From assembly GCA_963724765.1 (NCBI GenBank), contig CAVRVY010000003.1:1472001-1536000 (forward strand): a stretch of 64,000 nt of DNA, given 5' to 3'. Every line of letters begins with the position of its first letter. The first letter of the stretch is position 1. Source of the stretch: an uncultured delta proteobacterium (GTDB taxonomy: Bacteria; Desulfobacterota; Binatia; Binatales; Binataceae). Positions 46,826 to 57,271 of this stretch are shown piece after piece. The position numbers and the translations under genes are program-made. The notes below the pieces were generated by a model. That model saw only the letters and a program-made list of their open reading frames with translations, was not told the origin of the DNA and did not search any database.

Positions 46826-47719
46826 ATGAATGGCGTTCACGACCTGGGCGGGATGCATGGTTTCGGGCCGGTAGTCCGCGAACAGAACGAGCCCGTCTTC
46901 CACTCCGACTGGGAAAAGCGCGTGTTCGGGATGACGCTGACCGCGATGGGGCGCCGCGTGTACAACGTCGATGAGTTCCGCCGCGCGATCGAGCGCATGC
47001 CGCCGGCGCGCTACCTTGGAGCTACTTATTACGAGAAATGGCTCTACGCACTGGAATCGCTGCTGGTCGAGAAAGGCGTCGCCACGCGCGAGGAAATCGC
47101 CGGCGGACATGCTGCGGCGCCCACGGCGGCCAAGGCGACCGGATTGCTCGACGGCGGCGGCGGAGTCGAGTCGTTCGATAGTTCCGCGGTCAAGCTGCGC
47201 TTCGATAAGAGCTTCAAACCCAGCTTCAAGGTTGGCGACCGCGTGGTCGCGCGCAATTTCAATCCCGAGCATCACACGCGCCTGCCGCGCTATGCGCGCG
47301 GCAAACGCGGCGTCATCCGTTACGACCAGGGCGTCTTCGTTTTTCCCGATACGCACGCCCACGGGCAGGGCGGCAAGCCGCAGCACGTTTATACCGTTGC
47401 CTTCGACGCGAAGGAGCTGTGGGGTGCCGATCACAACGAGCGCGCGCCGGTGTATCTCGATTGCTGGGAGGACTACCTCGATCGCGACCGCATGGCCGCC
47501 AAACCTGCCATCAAGTCCGCCACCAAGGCCGCCGGCAAGCCCTCCGGCAAATCTTCCGGCAAGTCTTCCGGCAAGACACGAACGGCAAAATTCGCTGCTA
47601 AAGCGCTCGCGTCCAAGCCCGCCGCCAAGCGTGCCGTCAAGTCGGAAGCAACATCACGCGCCGCCGCGGCGAAGCGACCTGCCAAGAAGGGACCTGCCAG
47701 GAAGGGACATAGACGATGA
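46826..47719 (+). CDS. nthB: Nitrile hydratase beta subunit with basic C-terminal tail
   Basis: [46 protein letters not shown]. Confidence 0.95.
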   Translation: MNGVHDLGGMHGFGPVVREQNEPVFHSDWEKRVFGMTLTAMGRRVYNVDEFRRAIERMPPARYLGATYYEKWLYALESLLVEKGVATREEIAGGHAAAPTAAKATGLLDGGGGVESFDSSAVKLRFDKSFKPSFKVGDRVVARNFNPEHHTRLPRYARGKRGVIRYDQGVFVFPDTHAHGQGGKPQHVYTVAFDAKELWGADHNERAPVYLDCWEDYLDRDRMAAKPAIKSATKAAGKPSGKSSGKSSGKTRTAKFAAKALASKPAAKRAVKSEATSRAAAAKRPAKKGPARKGHRR

Positions 47720-48360
47720 GCGAGGAACACGATCATCACGACGGACACGACCATCATAATGCTCCGTTGTCCGAGCCGGCTCAACGCGTAAAGGCGCTCG
47801 AACAGTTGCTGATCGAGAAGGGATTGGTCAATCCGGAGGCGCTCGACGAGCTGATTGACACTTATGAATGGCGCGTCGGTCCGCGCAATGGCGCTCGCGT
47901 GGTCGCGCGCGCATGGGTTGACCCTGCGTACCGTAAGCGTCTGCTTGACAACGCCGCCCGGGCGATCGAGGAACTCGGCTTTCCGCCGGGTCCGCAGGGC
48001 GAGCACATGATGGTGGTCGAAAATACGCCACGCGTACACAACCTCGTAGTCTGCACGCTCTGCTCGTGCTACCCGTGGTCGGTCCTGGGGTTGCCGCCGG
48101 TGTGGTACAAGAGCACGGCCTACCGGGCGAGCGCGGTCAACAATCCGCGCGGGCTGCTCAAAGAGTTCGGGGTCGACGTGGGAGAGAAGGAAGTCCGCGT
48201 GTGGGACTCGAGCTCCGAGATGCGCTATTTCGTGATTCCCGAGCGGCCTGCCGGCACCGAGAGCCTAAGCGAGGACGAGCTTGCCGATCTGGTCACGCGC
48301 GATTCCATGATCGGCACGGGTCTGCCGCAGCACGCCCGTGAGAGTCGCTCGGCCAGGTAG
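47716..48360 (+). CDS. nthA: Nitrile hydratase alpha subunit, cobalt type
   Basis: [10 protein letters not shown] metal motif, His-rich N-terminus, ATGA overlap with the beta gene. Confidence 0.97.
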   Translation: MSEEHDHHDGHDHHNAPLSEPAQRVKALEQLLIEKGLVNPEALDELIDTYEWRVGPRNGARVVARAWVDPAYRKRLLDNAARAIEELGFPPGPQGEHMMVVENTPRVHNLVVCTLCSCYPWSVLGLPPVWYKSTAYRASAVNNPRGLLKEFGVDVGEKEVRVWDSSSEMRYFVIPERPAGTESLSEDELADLVTRDSMIGTGLPQHARESRSAR

Positions 48361-48385
48361 CCTGCACAGCGAAGGGGCATATCGA

Positions 48386-48736
48386 GTGTCCGTTAAAACC
48401 GCCGAAAATTTGATCGCGGCCGCCCGCGCGATAGCTCCCGAAGCCGTCTTCAGCGAGCCGTGGGAGGCGCATGCCTTCGCCGTCGCGGTGGCCCTCAGCG
48501 AAGCGGGACAGTTCCAGTGGGCAGAATTCCAGCAGAGCCTGATCGACGAGATCGGCGCGGCAGAGAAGACCGGCCGCACCATCAGCGGCGGCGCCGACTA
48601 CTACCGTCACTGGCTTAGCGCGCTGACCCGGCTGCTCAACGCCAAGGGTATCGTCGGCGGCGCTGAGCTGGAGGCCCGTATCGCGGGCGTCGGCCCGCCG
48701 CCGCCTGCGCAAGACCCGCACGGGCGGCATAAGTAA
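48386..48736 (+). CDS. Nitrile hydratase accessory (activator, P14K-like) protein
   Basis: VFSEPWEAHAFA, FQWAEF, YYRHWLSAL. Confidence 0.88.
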   Translation: MSVKTAENLIAAARAIAPEAVFSEPWEAHAFAVAVALSEAGQFQWAEFQQSLIDEIGAAEKTGRTISGGADYYRHWLSALTRLLNAKGIVGGAELEARIAGVGPPPPAQDPHGRHK

Positions 48737-48778
48737 GGAGGCGGCACGCGCCTTGGGCCGCGCGGCAGGCTATACGCG

Positions 48779-49072
48779 ATGTATCGTTATCTGATCGGCG
48801 CGATTGTCGTGGCGGTGATTGCCGCGGCGATCGGATGGAAGTGGTATCAACAGGAGCAGGCTGAACATCAGCGCGAGCAGGCGCAAATCGGAGAGCTGTC
48901 GGGGCGTATCGGGCAACTGCAGGACCAGAACAACCAGCTCAACGCGGCGCTCGCCAAGGTGCAAACGGAGGAGCAGCGCCAGGTCACCGAGAACGACCTC
49001 CTGGCCAAGACCCTCGAGCAGGCAAAACTGACCGGCAAGATTCCCGATAAGCTTCCATATCCACCGAAGTGA
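48779..49072 (+). CDS. Membrane-anchored coiled-coil hypothetical protein
   Basis: N-terminal TM helix, then Gln/Glu-rich heptads. Confidence 0.7.
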   Translation: MYRYLIGAIVVAVIAAAIGWKWYQQEQAEHQREQAQIGELSGRIGQLQDQNNQLNAALAKVQTEEQRQVTENDLLAKTLEQAKLTGKIPDKLPYPPK

Positions 49073-49242
49073 ACGCCGAGCGCGCGGTTCACGACGTTCA
49101 TTCTTCGCGTACCTCGCGACATGCCGAGCCGCTCCTTTACACCCGTCCGCGCAGGCGGTAAATCAGCCTCCATCAAGCGCTTCGGCCGCGCCCGGCGTGA
49201 TGAGGGCGGGCCAGATTCACGCGGCTTGAAAGGTGACGTTCG

Positions 49243-50409
49243 ATGTTGAATGCGACGCGAGACAAGAAACTGGCGACCGCGATGGTCGGATCCTTCCCTA
49301 AGCCCGCCTGGTTCAGCGAGAGCCTCCATGGGAGGCCGTTCAAAATCGCGATGGGCGATTCGCTCTATCGCGAGCAATACGTTGACGCGGTCGCCTGTTA
49401 CGTGAATGAGCAGGAACGCGCCGGACTCGACATCCTGACCGACGGCGACACCCGCTTTGACCTCGAGGTGGGCGGGCGTTCGTGGTTTTTCTACGTCATC
49501 GAGCGCCTCGGTGGAATCTCCGGCTCTCGCGACACCTCGCATTTCCTGGAGTACGCCGACATCAAGCCCGGCCACATCCTCTACGAGGTGCAGGAGGCAT
49601 ATCATCCGCCGGCCGTGACCGGAAAAATCACCCGCGGGCCGCTCCACTACAGCGCGATCTGGAAGACCGCGCAGAAGATGACCAGCAAGCCGGTGAAGTT
49701 CGGCGCGATCAGCGCGACCTGCCTGCCGATGATGCTGTGGAACGAGCACTACAAGAACGACCAGGAGCTGACGATGGACCTCGCGGCGGTGCTCAACGAG
49801 GAGCTGCGCGAACTGGCGGCCGCGGGATGCCCGGTGATCCAGGTTGAGGAGCCGCCCCATCACTTCGCCTGCTGCACGACTCCGCCGGCGACGGAGAAGG
49901 ACCTCGACTTTTACACACGGGCCTTCAATCGCGAAGTCGAGGGCGTGAATACGGAAATCTGGGCGCACATCTGCTGGGGAAATCCGAATCAGCAGAGCTT
50001 CTACTGGGAGCGCCCGAGCTACGAGCGGTCGCTGCCGTACCTGATGGCGCTCAATGCCGACGTGGTGGGGCTGGAATGCGCGAGCAGCAATGGGCGCGAC
50101 CTGCCGCTGCTCAAGCATCACAAGACCGCCAAGAAGATCGCGATCGGCGTGATCAATCATACCGCCACCACCGTCGAGCCTCCCGCGCTCGTCGCCAACC
50201 TGATCCGCAAGGCGCTCGAATACGTCCCGCCCGAGCGACTGATCATCGGTGCGGATTGCGGCTTCGGGCGTGAAGGGCTCTCGCGCCGGATCGCCTTCTA
50301 CAAGTGCGTCTCGCTGGTGCTGGGGACGAATATCGTGCGCAAGGAATTGGGGCTACCCGAGGTCGAGGTTCGCGCCGCCGACCCGCGATTCGCATTCAGG
50401 GAGGCGTAA
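49243..50409 (+). CDS. Cobalamin-independent methionine synthase II (single-barrel MetE-like) family protein
   Basis: VGSFPKP, GLDILTDG, Zn ligands HICWGN / LECA / ADCGF. Confidence 0.85.
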   Translation: MLNATRDKKLATAMVGSFPKPAWFSESLHGRPFKIAMGDSLYREQYVDAVACYVNEQERAGLDILTDGDTRFDLEVGGRSWFFYVIERLGGISGSRDTSHFLEYADIKPGHILYEVQEAYHPPAVTGKITRGPLHYSAIWKTAQKMTSKPVKFGAISATCLPMMLWNEHYKNDQELTMDLAAVLNEELRELAAAGCPVIQVEEPPHHFACCTTPPATEKDLDFYTRAFNREVEGVNTEIWAHICWGNPNQQSFYWERPSYERSLPYLMALNADVVGLECASSNGRDLPLLKHHKTAKKIAIGVINHTATTVEPPALVANLIRKALEYVPPERLIIGADCGFGREGLSRRIAFYKCVSLVLGTNIVRKELGLPEVEVRAADPRFAFREA

Positions 50410-50508
50410 AGTCCGCCGGGCCGTTGGCGAAAAACTCGACTTGGTATCGCGCGCGAGAATGCTCAAACTCGGCCCAGGTGTTATAACGCGATTTGCATCC
50501 CAAGCCCC

Positions 50509-51522
50509 GTGAGAGGAACCATGAGCCCGGCTAGGCAAACGGTCGGCGGTCCGTTCTTTGACGATCTTCACGTTGGACTCGTCGCCGACAGCGCCCCGTC
50601 GCTGACCCTGACCGAAGGAGTCGCGGCCGCGCACGGTGCGATCGTGGGCGACCGGATGCGGCTTGCGCTCGATGCGGAGTTGAGCCGCCGCGTGCTCGGT
50701 TCCGCGCTCGCCCATCCGGCGCTGGTGTGGGACGTGGCGAACGGACAATCCACGTTATTTACCCAGCGCGTAATCGCGAATCTGTTTTATCGCGGCTTCA
50801 TGTTTCGCCGCGCGCCGTCAATTGGTGACACTCTGTACACGACGACCGAAGTGGTGGGCCTGCGGCAGAACCGCCCGCGCCTGGGCCGCGCCGCGACCGG
50901 CCTCGCCGCCTTGCACGTGCGCACGATCGATCAGAAGGGCCGCGCCGTGCTCGACTACACACGCTGCGCGATGTTGCCGCTGCGCAGTCCCGAGGGCGAG
51001 ACTGGACACAACGCCGACCTCGAAAAGGTCGGGGCGGAACTCGACCCGAGCGCATTGCCCGTGCCGATCGCGGGTTGGGACTTGAAGGCATTTCGCGACT
51101 CCGCTCGGGGCGTGCACTTCGCCGATCTTGCCGTGGGGACGATCTGGGAAGTTACGGGCGGCGACGTCGTATCGGCGGCGCCCGAACTGGCGCGGCTTAC
51201 GTTGAATATCGCGATGGCGCATCACGACGCCGCCTCAAGCTCGGCGGGGCGGCTGGTCTATGGCGGCCATACGATCGGCTTGGCGGCGGCGCAGGCGACG
51301 CGCGCGCTGCCGAACCTGGTGACGATCGTCGCATGGCACGGATGCGATCATCTGGCGCCGGTCCGCGAGGGCGACACGTTGCGCAGCACGCTCGAACTCG
51401 AACGCGCCGAACCGCTTGCGGGCGGCGGCGGACTGGTGCATCTGCGCTCGCGCGTATGCGCCGACCGCGAGGGCGGTTCACAGGACGTGCTGGACTGGCG
51501 TTTCATAGGAGTAATGGCATGA
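50509..51522 (+). CDS. Double hot-dog MaoC dehydratase, mesaconyl-CoA hydratase-like (start 50509 or 50521)
   Basis: GPFFDDL, GDTLYTTTEV, RLVYGGHTI, HLAPVREGDTL; ATGA overlap with mct. Confidence 0.75.
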   Translation: MRGTMSPARQTVGGPFFDDLHVGLVADSAPSLTLTEGVAAAHGAIVGDRMRLALDAELSRRVLGSALAHPALVWDVANGQSTLFTQRVIANLFYRGFMFRRAPSIGDTLYTTTEVVGLRQNRPRLGRAATGLAALHVRTIDQKGRAVLDYTRCAMLPLRSPEGETGHNADLEKVGAELDPSALPVPIAGWDLKAFRDSARGVHFADLAVGTIWEVTGGDVVSAAPELARLTLNIAMAHHDAASSSAGRLVYGGHTIGLAAAQATRALPNLVTIVAWHGCDHLAPVREGDTLRSTLELERAEPLAGGGGLVHLRSRVCADREGGSQDVLDWRFIGVMA

Positions 51523-52745
51523 GCGGAATCCTCTCAGGCCTGCGTGTGGTCGAAGGCTCCGCGTTCGTGGCAGCGCCGCTCGGCGGCATGACGCTCGCTC
51601 AACTCGGCGCCGATGTTATCCGCTTCGACCAGATTGGCGGCGGACTCGACTACCGTCGATGGCCGCTGGCGGCTGACGGCCAGAGCCTTTTCTGGGCCGG
51701 GATGAACAAGGGCAAGCGCTCGATCCAGATCGACGTGCGCACGCCCCAGGGGCGCGAGCTGGTGGCGGCGCTGGTCGCTGCGCCGGGCGAGCAGGGCGGC
51801 ATCTTCCTGACCAATTTTCCTGCCCGCGGATGGCTCGAATACGACGCGCTGCGCAAGCGCCGCGCCGATTTGGTGATGGTCGCGCTCACCGGCAATCCCG
51901 ACGGCACCAGCGAGGTCGATTACACGGTCAATCCCGCGACCGGCTTTCCGTGGGCGACCGGGCCGCGCAATCTCGCTGAGCCGCTCAACAGCATCCTGCC
52001 CGCCTGGGACATCGCGCTCGGCTCGCTTGCGACCGTCGGGCTGCTGGCCGCCGAGCGCCATCGCCGCCTGACCGGCGCCGGGCAACTGGTGAATCTTTCG
52101 CTCTCGGACGTGGCCTTTGCGATGGTCGGGAATCTCGGCCGTATCGCGGAGGCGCAACTCGGCGGTCGCGATCAGCAGAAGGACGGCAACTACCTGTATG
52201 GCGCCTTCGGCCACGACTTCGAGACGCGCGACGGACGGCGCGTGATGGTGGTCGCGCTCACCGCGCGCCAGTGGACCGCGCTGAAGGACGCAACCGGGAT
52301 TGGCGAGGCGTGTTCCAGCGTCGAACATGCGACCGGCCACGACCTCGACACCGAGAGCGGGCGCTTCCAGGCCCGCGACCTGATCGCCGCGCTGCTGCGC
52401 CCGTGGTTCGCCTCGCGCGACCTTGCGGTGATCCGCGAGACCTTTGCCGGCACCAATGTTTCATGGGGTCCCTATCAGACCTTCCGCCAACTGGTTAAGG
52501 AGGACCCGCGTTGCTCGACGGCGAATCCGATATTTGCCGAGGTCGAACATCCGGGCGTCGGCACCTACCTGATGCCCGGTTCGCCGCTGGACTTTTCCGC
52601 CGGATCACGCGTGCCGGTGCGGCGTGCGCCGCTGCTCGGCGAGAACACCGATGAAGTGCTGGCCGACGTGCTGGGGATGAGTTCGCGCGACATCGCGGCG
52701 CTGCACGATAAAGGCGTGGTGGCGGGGCCGAAACTCAAACGCTGA
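51519..52745 (+). CDS. mct: Mesaconyl-CoA C1-C4 CoA transferase (2-methylfumaryl-CoA isomerase)
   Basis: EGSAFVAAPLGGMTLAQLGADVIRFD, GGGLDYRRWP, SEVDYTVN, LPAWD, GNYLYGAFG, as recalled for Mct. Confidence 0.85.
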   Translation: MSGILSGLRVVEGSAFVAAPLGGMTLAQLGADVIRFDQIGGGLDYRRWPLAADGQSLFWAGMNKGKRSIQIDVRTPQGRELVAALVAAPGEQGGIFLTNFPARGWLEYDALRKRRADLVMVALTGNPDGTSEVDYTVNPATGFPWATGPRNLAEPLNSILPAWDIALGSLATVGLLAAERHRRLTGAGQLVNLSLSDVAFAMVGNLGRIAEAQLGGRDQQKDGNYLYGAFGHDFETRDGRRVMVVALTARQWTALKDATGIGEACSSVEHATGHDLDTESGRFQARDLIAALLRPWFASRDLAVIRETFAGTNVSWGPYQTFRQLVKEDPRCSTANPIFAEVEHPGVGTYLMPGSPLDFSAGSRVPVRRAPLLGENTDEVLADVLGMSSRDIAALHDKGVVAGPKLKR

Positions 52746-52790
52746 GAGATCTGGTGTGGTGCCCGATTCACGAGTTTCGTAAAAGTTTGA

Positions 52791-52829
52791 GTCATCCTTT
52801 GACTCCGGCAGCCTTCGCTCAGGATGACC
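52791..52829. repeat. Palindromic REP-like element, copy 2 (shorter)
   Basis: GTCATCCT...AGGATGAC; 29 nt identical to 1977-2005; between convergent genes. Confidence 0.78.
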
Positions 52830-52883
52830 CGCAGTTTCACGCGGGCCTTGTGCAAAGCAACTAACCAAACTGGTGCGGGCGGC

Positions 52884-54107
52884 TCAAACGATGCCCGCCT
52901 TGCGCAGTCGCGCGATATCAGCGGGCGTGGCGCCGAGCATATCGCGCAGGATTTCGTCAGTGTCCGCACCGAGCATCGGCGGCGCCGAGCGGTAAGAGAG
53001 CGGCGTTGCCGAGTATTTGATCGGATTTGCGACGGAGGGCACCGAGCCGATCGCCGGATGGGGCAGGTCCAGCCTCAGACCACGCGCCTGGACCTGCGGA
53101 TCGGCGAACACGTCCGCGATGGTGTTGATGGGCCCGCATGGAACTCCGACGCGCTCCAACGCGTCGAGCCAATCGCGCATCGTTCGCGTCACGAAAATCG
53201 ACTGCATAATGGCGACCAGCTCGTCGCGATGGTTCACCCGCGACGCGTTGGTCGCAAAGCGCGCGTCGCTCGCGAGGTCGGGGCGCCCAATCACCTCGCA
53301 CATCCGCGCGTACTGGTTCTCGTTGCCCACGGCCACGATGATATGACCGTCACTCGCGCCAAAAACCTGGTAGGGCACGATGTTGGGATGGGCGTTGCCG
53401 AGGCGCTGCGGTGCGGCGCCGGTGACCAGATAATTCATCGCCTGGTTGGCGAGCACCGCCACCTGCGTGTCGAGCAGCGCGAGGTCGATGTGCTGCCCCG
53501 CGCCGGTGCGGTCGCGATGAGCCAGCGCGCCGAGAATCGCGATCGTCGCGTACAGCCCGGTGAAAATGTCGGCCACCGCGACGCCGACTTTTACGGGACC
53601 ACCGCCGGGACGCTGGTCGGGCTCGCCGGTGATGCTCATCAGGCCGCCGATGCCCTGGATCATGAAATCGTAACCGGGCTTATGGCGGTAGGGCCCGGTC
53701 TGGCCGAAGCCGGTGATCGAACAATAGACCACGCCGGGATTGAGCGACTGGAGTGAGGCATAGTCGAGGCCATATTTCGCGAGCCCATCGACCTTGAAAT
53801 TTTCGATCACGACGTCGCTCTTCGCCGCGAGCGCCTGGACCAGTTTCTGGCCTTCGGGATGGATGAAATCGATCGTCACCGAGCGCTTGCCGCGGTTGGT
53901 CGAAAGAAAATACGCCGACTCGCCGCTCGGAGCGCCGTCGCTGGTGCGCGCATACGGCGGAGCGTAGCTGCGGGTGTCGTCGCCGGCGCCGGGCTTTTCC
54001 ACCTTGATGACGCTGGCGCCAAGATCGGCCAGCGTCTGCGCCGCCCACGGCCCGGCGAGCACGCGCGAGAGTTCCAAAACCCGGACATGGCCCAATGGAC
54101 CCGCCAT
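52884..54107 (-). CDS. CaiB/BaiF family III CoA transferase
   Basis: LELSRVLAGPW, NRGKRS, YCSITGFGQTGP, PGYDF, GNAHPNIVPY. Confidence 0.93.
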   Translation of the reverse strand: MAGPLGHVRVLELSRVLAGPWAAQTLADLGASVIKVEKPGAGDDTRSYAPPYARTSDGAPSGESAYFLSTNRGKRSVTIDFIHPEGQKLVQALAAKSDVVIENFKVDGLAKYGLDYASLQSLNPGVVYCSITGFGQTGPYRHKPGYDFMIQGIGGLMSITGEPDQRPGGGPVKVGVAVADIFTGLYATIAILGALAHRDRTGAGQHIDLALLDTQVAVLANQAMNYLVTGAAPQRLGNAHPNIVPYQVFGASDGHIIVAVGNENQYARMCEVIGRPDLASDARFATNASRVNHRDELVAIMQSIFVTRTMRDWLDALERVGVPCGPINTIADVFADPQVQARGLRLDLPHPAIGSVPSVANPIKYSATPLSYRSAPPMLGADTDEILRDMLGATPADIARLRKAGIV

Positions 54108-54145
54108 CAGCTACTCCTCTGCCTGTTCAAATCGAGTGCATCGGG

Positions 54146-55835
54146 CTATGACGCCTTCGCCTTGGCCGCCAGCGATGTCTCCCTGATTTTGCTGAGCGTG
54201 GTGCGCGTCGAAATCGCCTCGGGATCGAGCCGCAACTCGATGAGCGCGGCGCGTCCGGACCTGCGCGCGCGCTCGAAGGCGGGCGCGAAATCGGCGGTGC
54301 GTTCGCAAGTCTCGCCGTGCAGTCCGTAGGCGCGAGCGAGCGCCGCGAAATCCGGATTGGTCAACGCGGTGCCACTCACCCGCCCCGGATACTCGCGCTC
54401 CTGATGCATGCGGATCGTGCCGTACATGCCGTTATTGACCACGAAAAAGATCGGCGCGGCGCCGTACTGGATCGCGGTCGCGATCTCCTGGCCGTTCATC
54501 AGGAAGCAGCCGTCGCCCGAGAATGACAGCACGCGTGCGCTCCGGATGCGCGAGCGCCGCGGCCACGCCGGCCGGAACGCCATAGCCCATCGAGCCGCTG
54601 GTCGGCCCCAGTTGCGTACCGAATTCGCGATAGCGCCAGAAGCGATGCACCCAGCCGGCAAAGTTGCCTCCGCCGTTGGCGACGATCGTATCGGGTGGCA
54701 ACTGATCGCGCAGGCTCGAGACGATTTCCGCCAGTTGCAGCGCGCCTGGGTTGGATACCGGCAAGCTGTATTCGAGGTATTCGTTGTGCGCAGCTTCGGT
54801 CGGACGCTGCCCAGGCCGAGGAATCGACCGGCTTAAGCGCCTTGGCCGCGGCCGCGAATTGCACCATGCCGGCGACGATTGGCAACTCCGCCTGGTACAC
54901 GCGGCCGAGTTCTTCCACTCCCATGTGGACGTGCACGAGCGTCTGTTTGGGACGTGGGACGTCGAACAGCGTATAGCCAGAGCTCGACTATCTCGCTCAG
55001 GCGCGAGCCGACGGCGATGACCAGGTCCGCCTCACGAACGCGCTCCGCCAGCTTCGGACTTGGTCCGATTGCCGAGATCGCCGGCGTAGCAGGGATGGAG
55101 ATTGTCGATGCGGTCCTGGCGGCGAAACGTGCTGGCGGTTGCGAGCCGGTTAGCCTGCGCAAACGCGGTGATGTCGCCGACCGCTTGCGCCGTCCAGGTG
55201 CTGCCGCCAAGCAGCATGATCGGCCGCTGCGAAGCCGCCAGCATCTCGCGCAGCCGCGCCATCGCGGCCGCATCCGGACTGGCCTGCACTGCCCGGTAGG
55301 GCCCCGCGTCGACCACCACTGCAGGCTCGCGCAGCATGTCTTCGGGCAGCGCGATCACCACTGGTCCGGGCCGTCCAGAAGTCGCGAGCGTAAACGCGCG
55401 GGCCAGCAGTTCAGGGATGCGGCCCGGATCGTCGATCCGCACCACCCACTTGGCCATCTGGCCGTACATCCGCTCGAAATCGAGTTCCTGGAACGCTCCG
55501 CGCTCGAGGAAGGGGCGCGCAACCTGGCCGATGAAGAGAATCATCGGCGTCGAATCCTGGTAAGCGGTGTGCACGCCCACGCTCGCGTTGGTCGCGCCGG
55601 GGCCGCGCGTCACCAAGCAGATGCCCGGACGGCCGGTGAGTTTGCCGTAGGCGTCGGCCATGTAGGCCGCGCCGCCTTCCTGCCGGCATACGATCAGGCG
55701 GACTTGCTCGCGCGTGTCATAGAGCGCGTCGAGCACGGCAAGATAACTCTCGCCCGGCACACAGTAGGCGGTGTCGACGCCGTGGATGATGAGCTGATCG
55801 ACCAGGATTTGCGCGCCGGTGCGCGGTCGTGTCAT
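54146..55835 (-). pseudogene. Thiamine-diphosphate enzyme (acetolactate synthase-like) broken by four +1 frameshifts; pseudogene or sequence error
   Basis: VPGESY, CRQEGGA, TRGPGATN, SGSMGYG, GDGCFLMNGQE...NNGMYG spread over five successive frames; alternative start 55925. Confidence 0.85.
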
Positions 55836-56068
55836 GCGCCTGTCCACGATAATCGATATCGGATTATTGCCAGGCTTGTTGCCAAGCTTATGGCCAAGCT
55901 TATGGTCAGTTTTGTTGTCAGCCATGGTCGTGACCTTTCCCGTGACGCTTTCATTGACCGCAGTATCGCGGTCCAGCGCGCCGGCCCGGTGCTCTCGGGA
56001 ACTATACCTATCCCTTCTACTTGCCCGCCATGCTATCTTCAGATGGGTACGCTTTGAACAGAGTCGGC

Positions 56069-57220
56069 ATGCGAGCTGAGCCCTCAGCGCTCCGCTCCTC
56101 ACAGCTTTCCTTCGGCCGCGCCGCGGGCGACACTTTGGTGCTCGCGCTGGCCGGCGATTGGCATCTCAGGCGAGGGTTCACCTCGGGCGCGGCGCTGGAG
56201 CGCGAGCTCATGCGGCCTCCCGTAGCACGACGCGTCGCATTCGACGCCGCGGGATTGGGTGAGTGGGATAGCAGCCTTGTCGCTTTCGTCGCGGAGGTCC
56301 TGGAACTTTGTCACACGCGTGACCTGGCGGTCGATCCGGCGGGTCTTCCCAGCGGACTCAGGCGGCTGGTCGAACTGGCCGAAACCGTTCCCGAAACCAA
56401 GGACGCTCGCTTCGTTGCGGCTCGTAAGCCGCTGGTCGAACGGGTAGGCGCCGCGACCATCGCCTACGCCGAATCGATCGGCGGGTTCGTGGCGTTCCTC
56501 GGGGGGGTGACGATCGCGCTTGGCCGGTTCATGGTCGGCCGCGCGCGTTACCGGCGCGTTGATCTGATGGTCGCGATCCAGGATTGCGGCGCCAATGCTT
56601 TCGGGATTGTCACGCTCATCAGTTTCCTGGTCGGCACCATCCTCGCCTTCATGGGCGCCGTGCAGCTCGAGCAATTCGGCGCGTCAATCTTCGTCGCCGA
56701 CCTGGTCGGCATCGGCATGGCGCGTGACATGGGCGCGATGATGACCGCGATCATCATGGCGGGCCGCACCGGCGCCGCGTTCGCGGCGCAGCTTGGCACG
56801 ATGAAGGTGACGCAGGAGATCGACGCGCTCAGCACGATGGGCATTTCGCCGATGGAATTCCTGGTGTTGCCGCGGGTGCTCGCGCTCATCCTGATGATGC
56901 CGCTTTTGTGCTTCTACTCCGACCTGATGGGCGTGCTGGGCGGCGCGGCGGTTGGATCGGGGGTGTTGGGGCTCTCGTTTACGACATACTTCAGGGAGAC
57001 TTTGCACGCGGTCACGCTGAGCGACATTCTCGGCGGGGTGTTCAAGAGTTCCGTGTACGGAGTGATCATCGCGATCTCGGGATGCCTGCGCGGCTTCCAG
57101 TGCGGCAACAGCTCATCCGCGGTTGGCGATGCGGCGACCTCGGCGGTGGTGACCGGGATCGTCTTTATCGTGGTCGCGTGCGGAGCCTTCGCGCTGGTCT
57201 TCAACATCATAGGAATCTGA
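56069..57220 (+). CDS. mlaE: MlaE-family permease with N-terminal STAS-like domain
   Basis: AIIMAGRTGAAFAAQLGTMKVTQEIDAL, VGDAATSAVV; WDSS STAS-like motif. Confidence 0.9.
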   Translation: MRAEPSALRSSQLSFGRAAGDTLVLALAGDWHLRRGFTSGAALERELMRPPVARRVAFDAAGLGEWDSSLVAFVAEVLELCHTRDLAVDPAGLPSGLRRLVELAETVPETKDARFVAARKPLVERVGAATIAYAESIGGFVAFLGGVTIALGRFMVGRARYRRVDLMVAIQDCGANAFGIVTLISFLVGTILAFMGAVQLEQFGASIFVADLVGIGMARDMGAMMTAIIMAGRTGAAFAAQLGTMKVTQEIDALSTMGISPMEFLVLPRVLALILMMPLLCFYSDLMGVLGGAAVGSGVLGLSFTTYFRETLHAVTLSDILGGVFKSSVYGVIIAISGCLRGFQCGNSSSAVGDAATSAVVTGIVFIVVACGAFALVFNIIGI

Positions 57221-57235
57221 ATCGAGAAGTTTGAG

Positions 57236-57267
57236 CTGAGCGGTAATTTGACTGAGCGGTAATTTGA
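57236..57267. repeat. Perfect 16-bp tandem duplication
   Basis: CTGAGCGGTAATTTGA x2 immediately before mlaF. Confidence 0.9.
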
Positions 57268-57271
57268 ATTG

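Noticed and set aside
49073-49242. SAM or cobalamin riboswitch upstream of the MetE-like gene
   Set aside because: No recognisable core motifs by eye; an Rfam scan would be needed to exclude one fully
52884-55835. Oxalyl-CoA decarboxylase / formyl-CoA transferase (oxc-frc) pair
   Set aside because: Motifs (VPGESY; LSRVLAGPW) fit generic acetolactate-synthase-like and CaiB families rather than Oxc and Frc as I recall them
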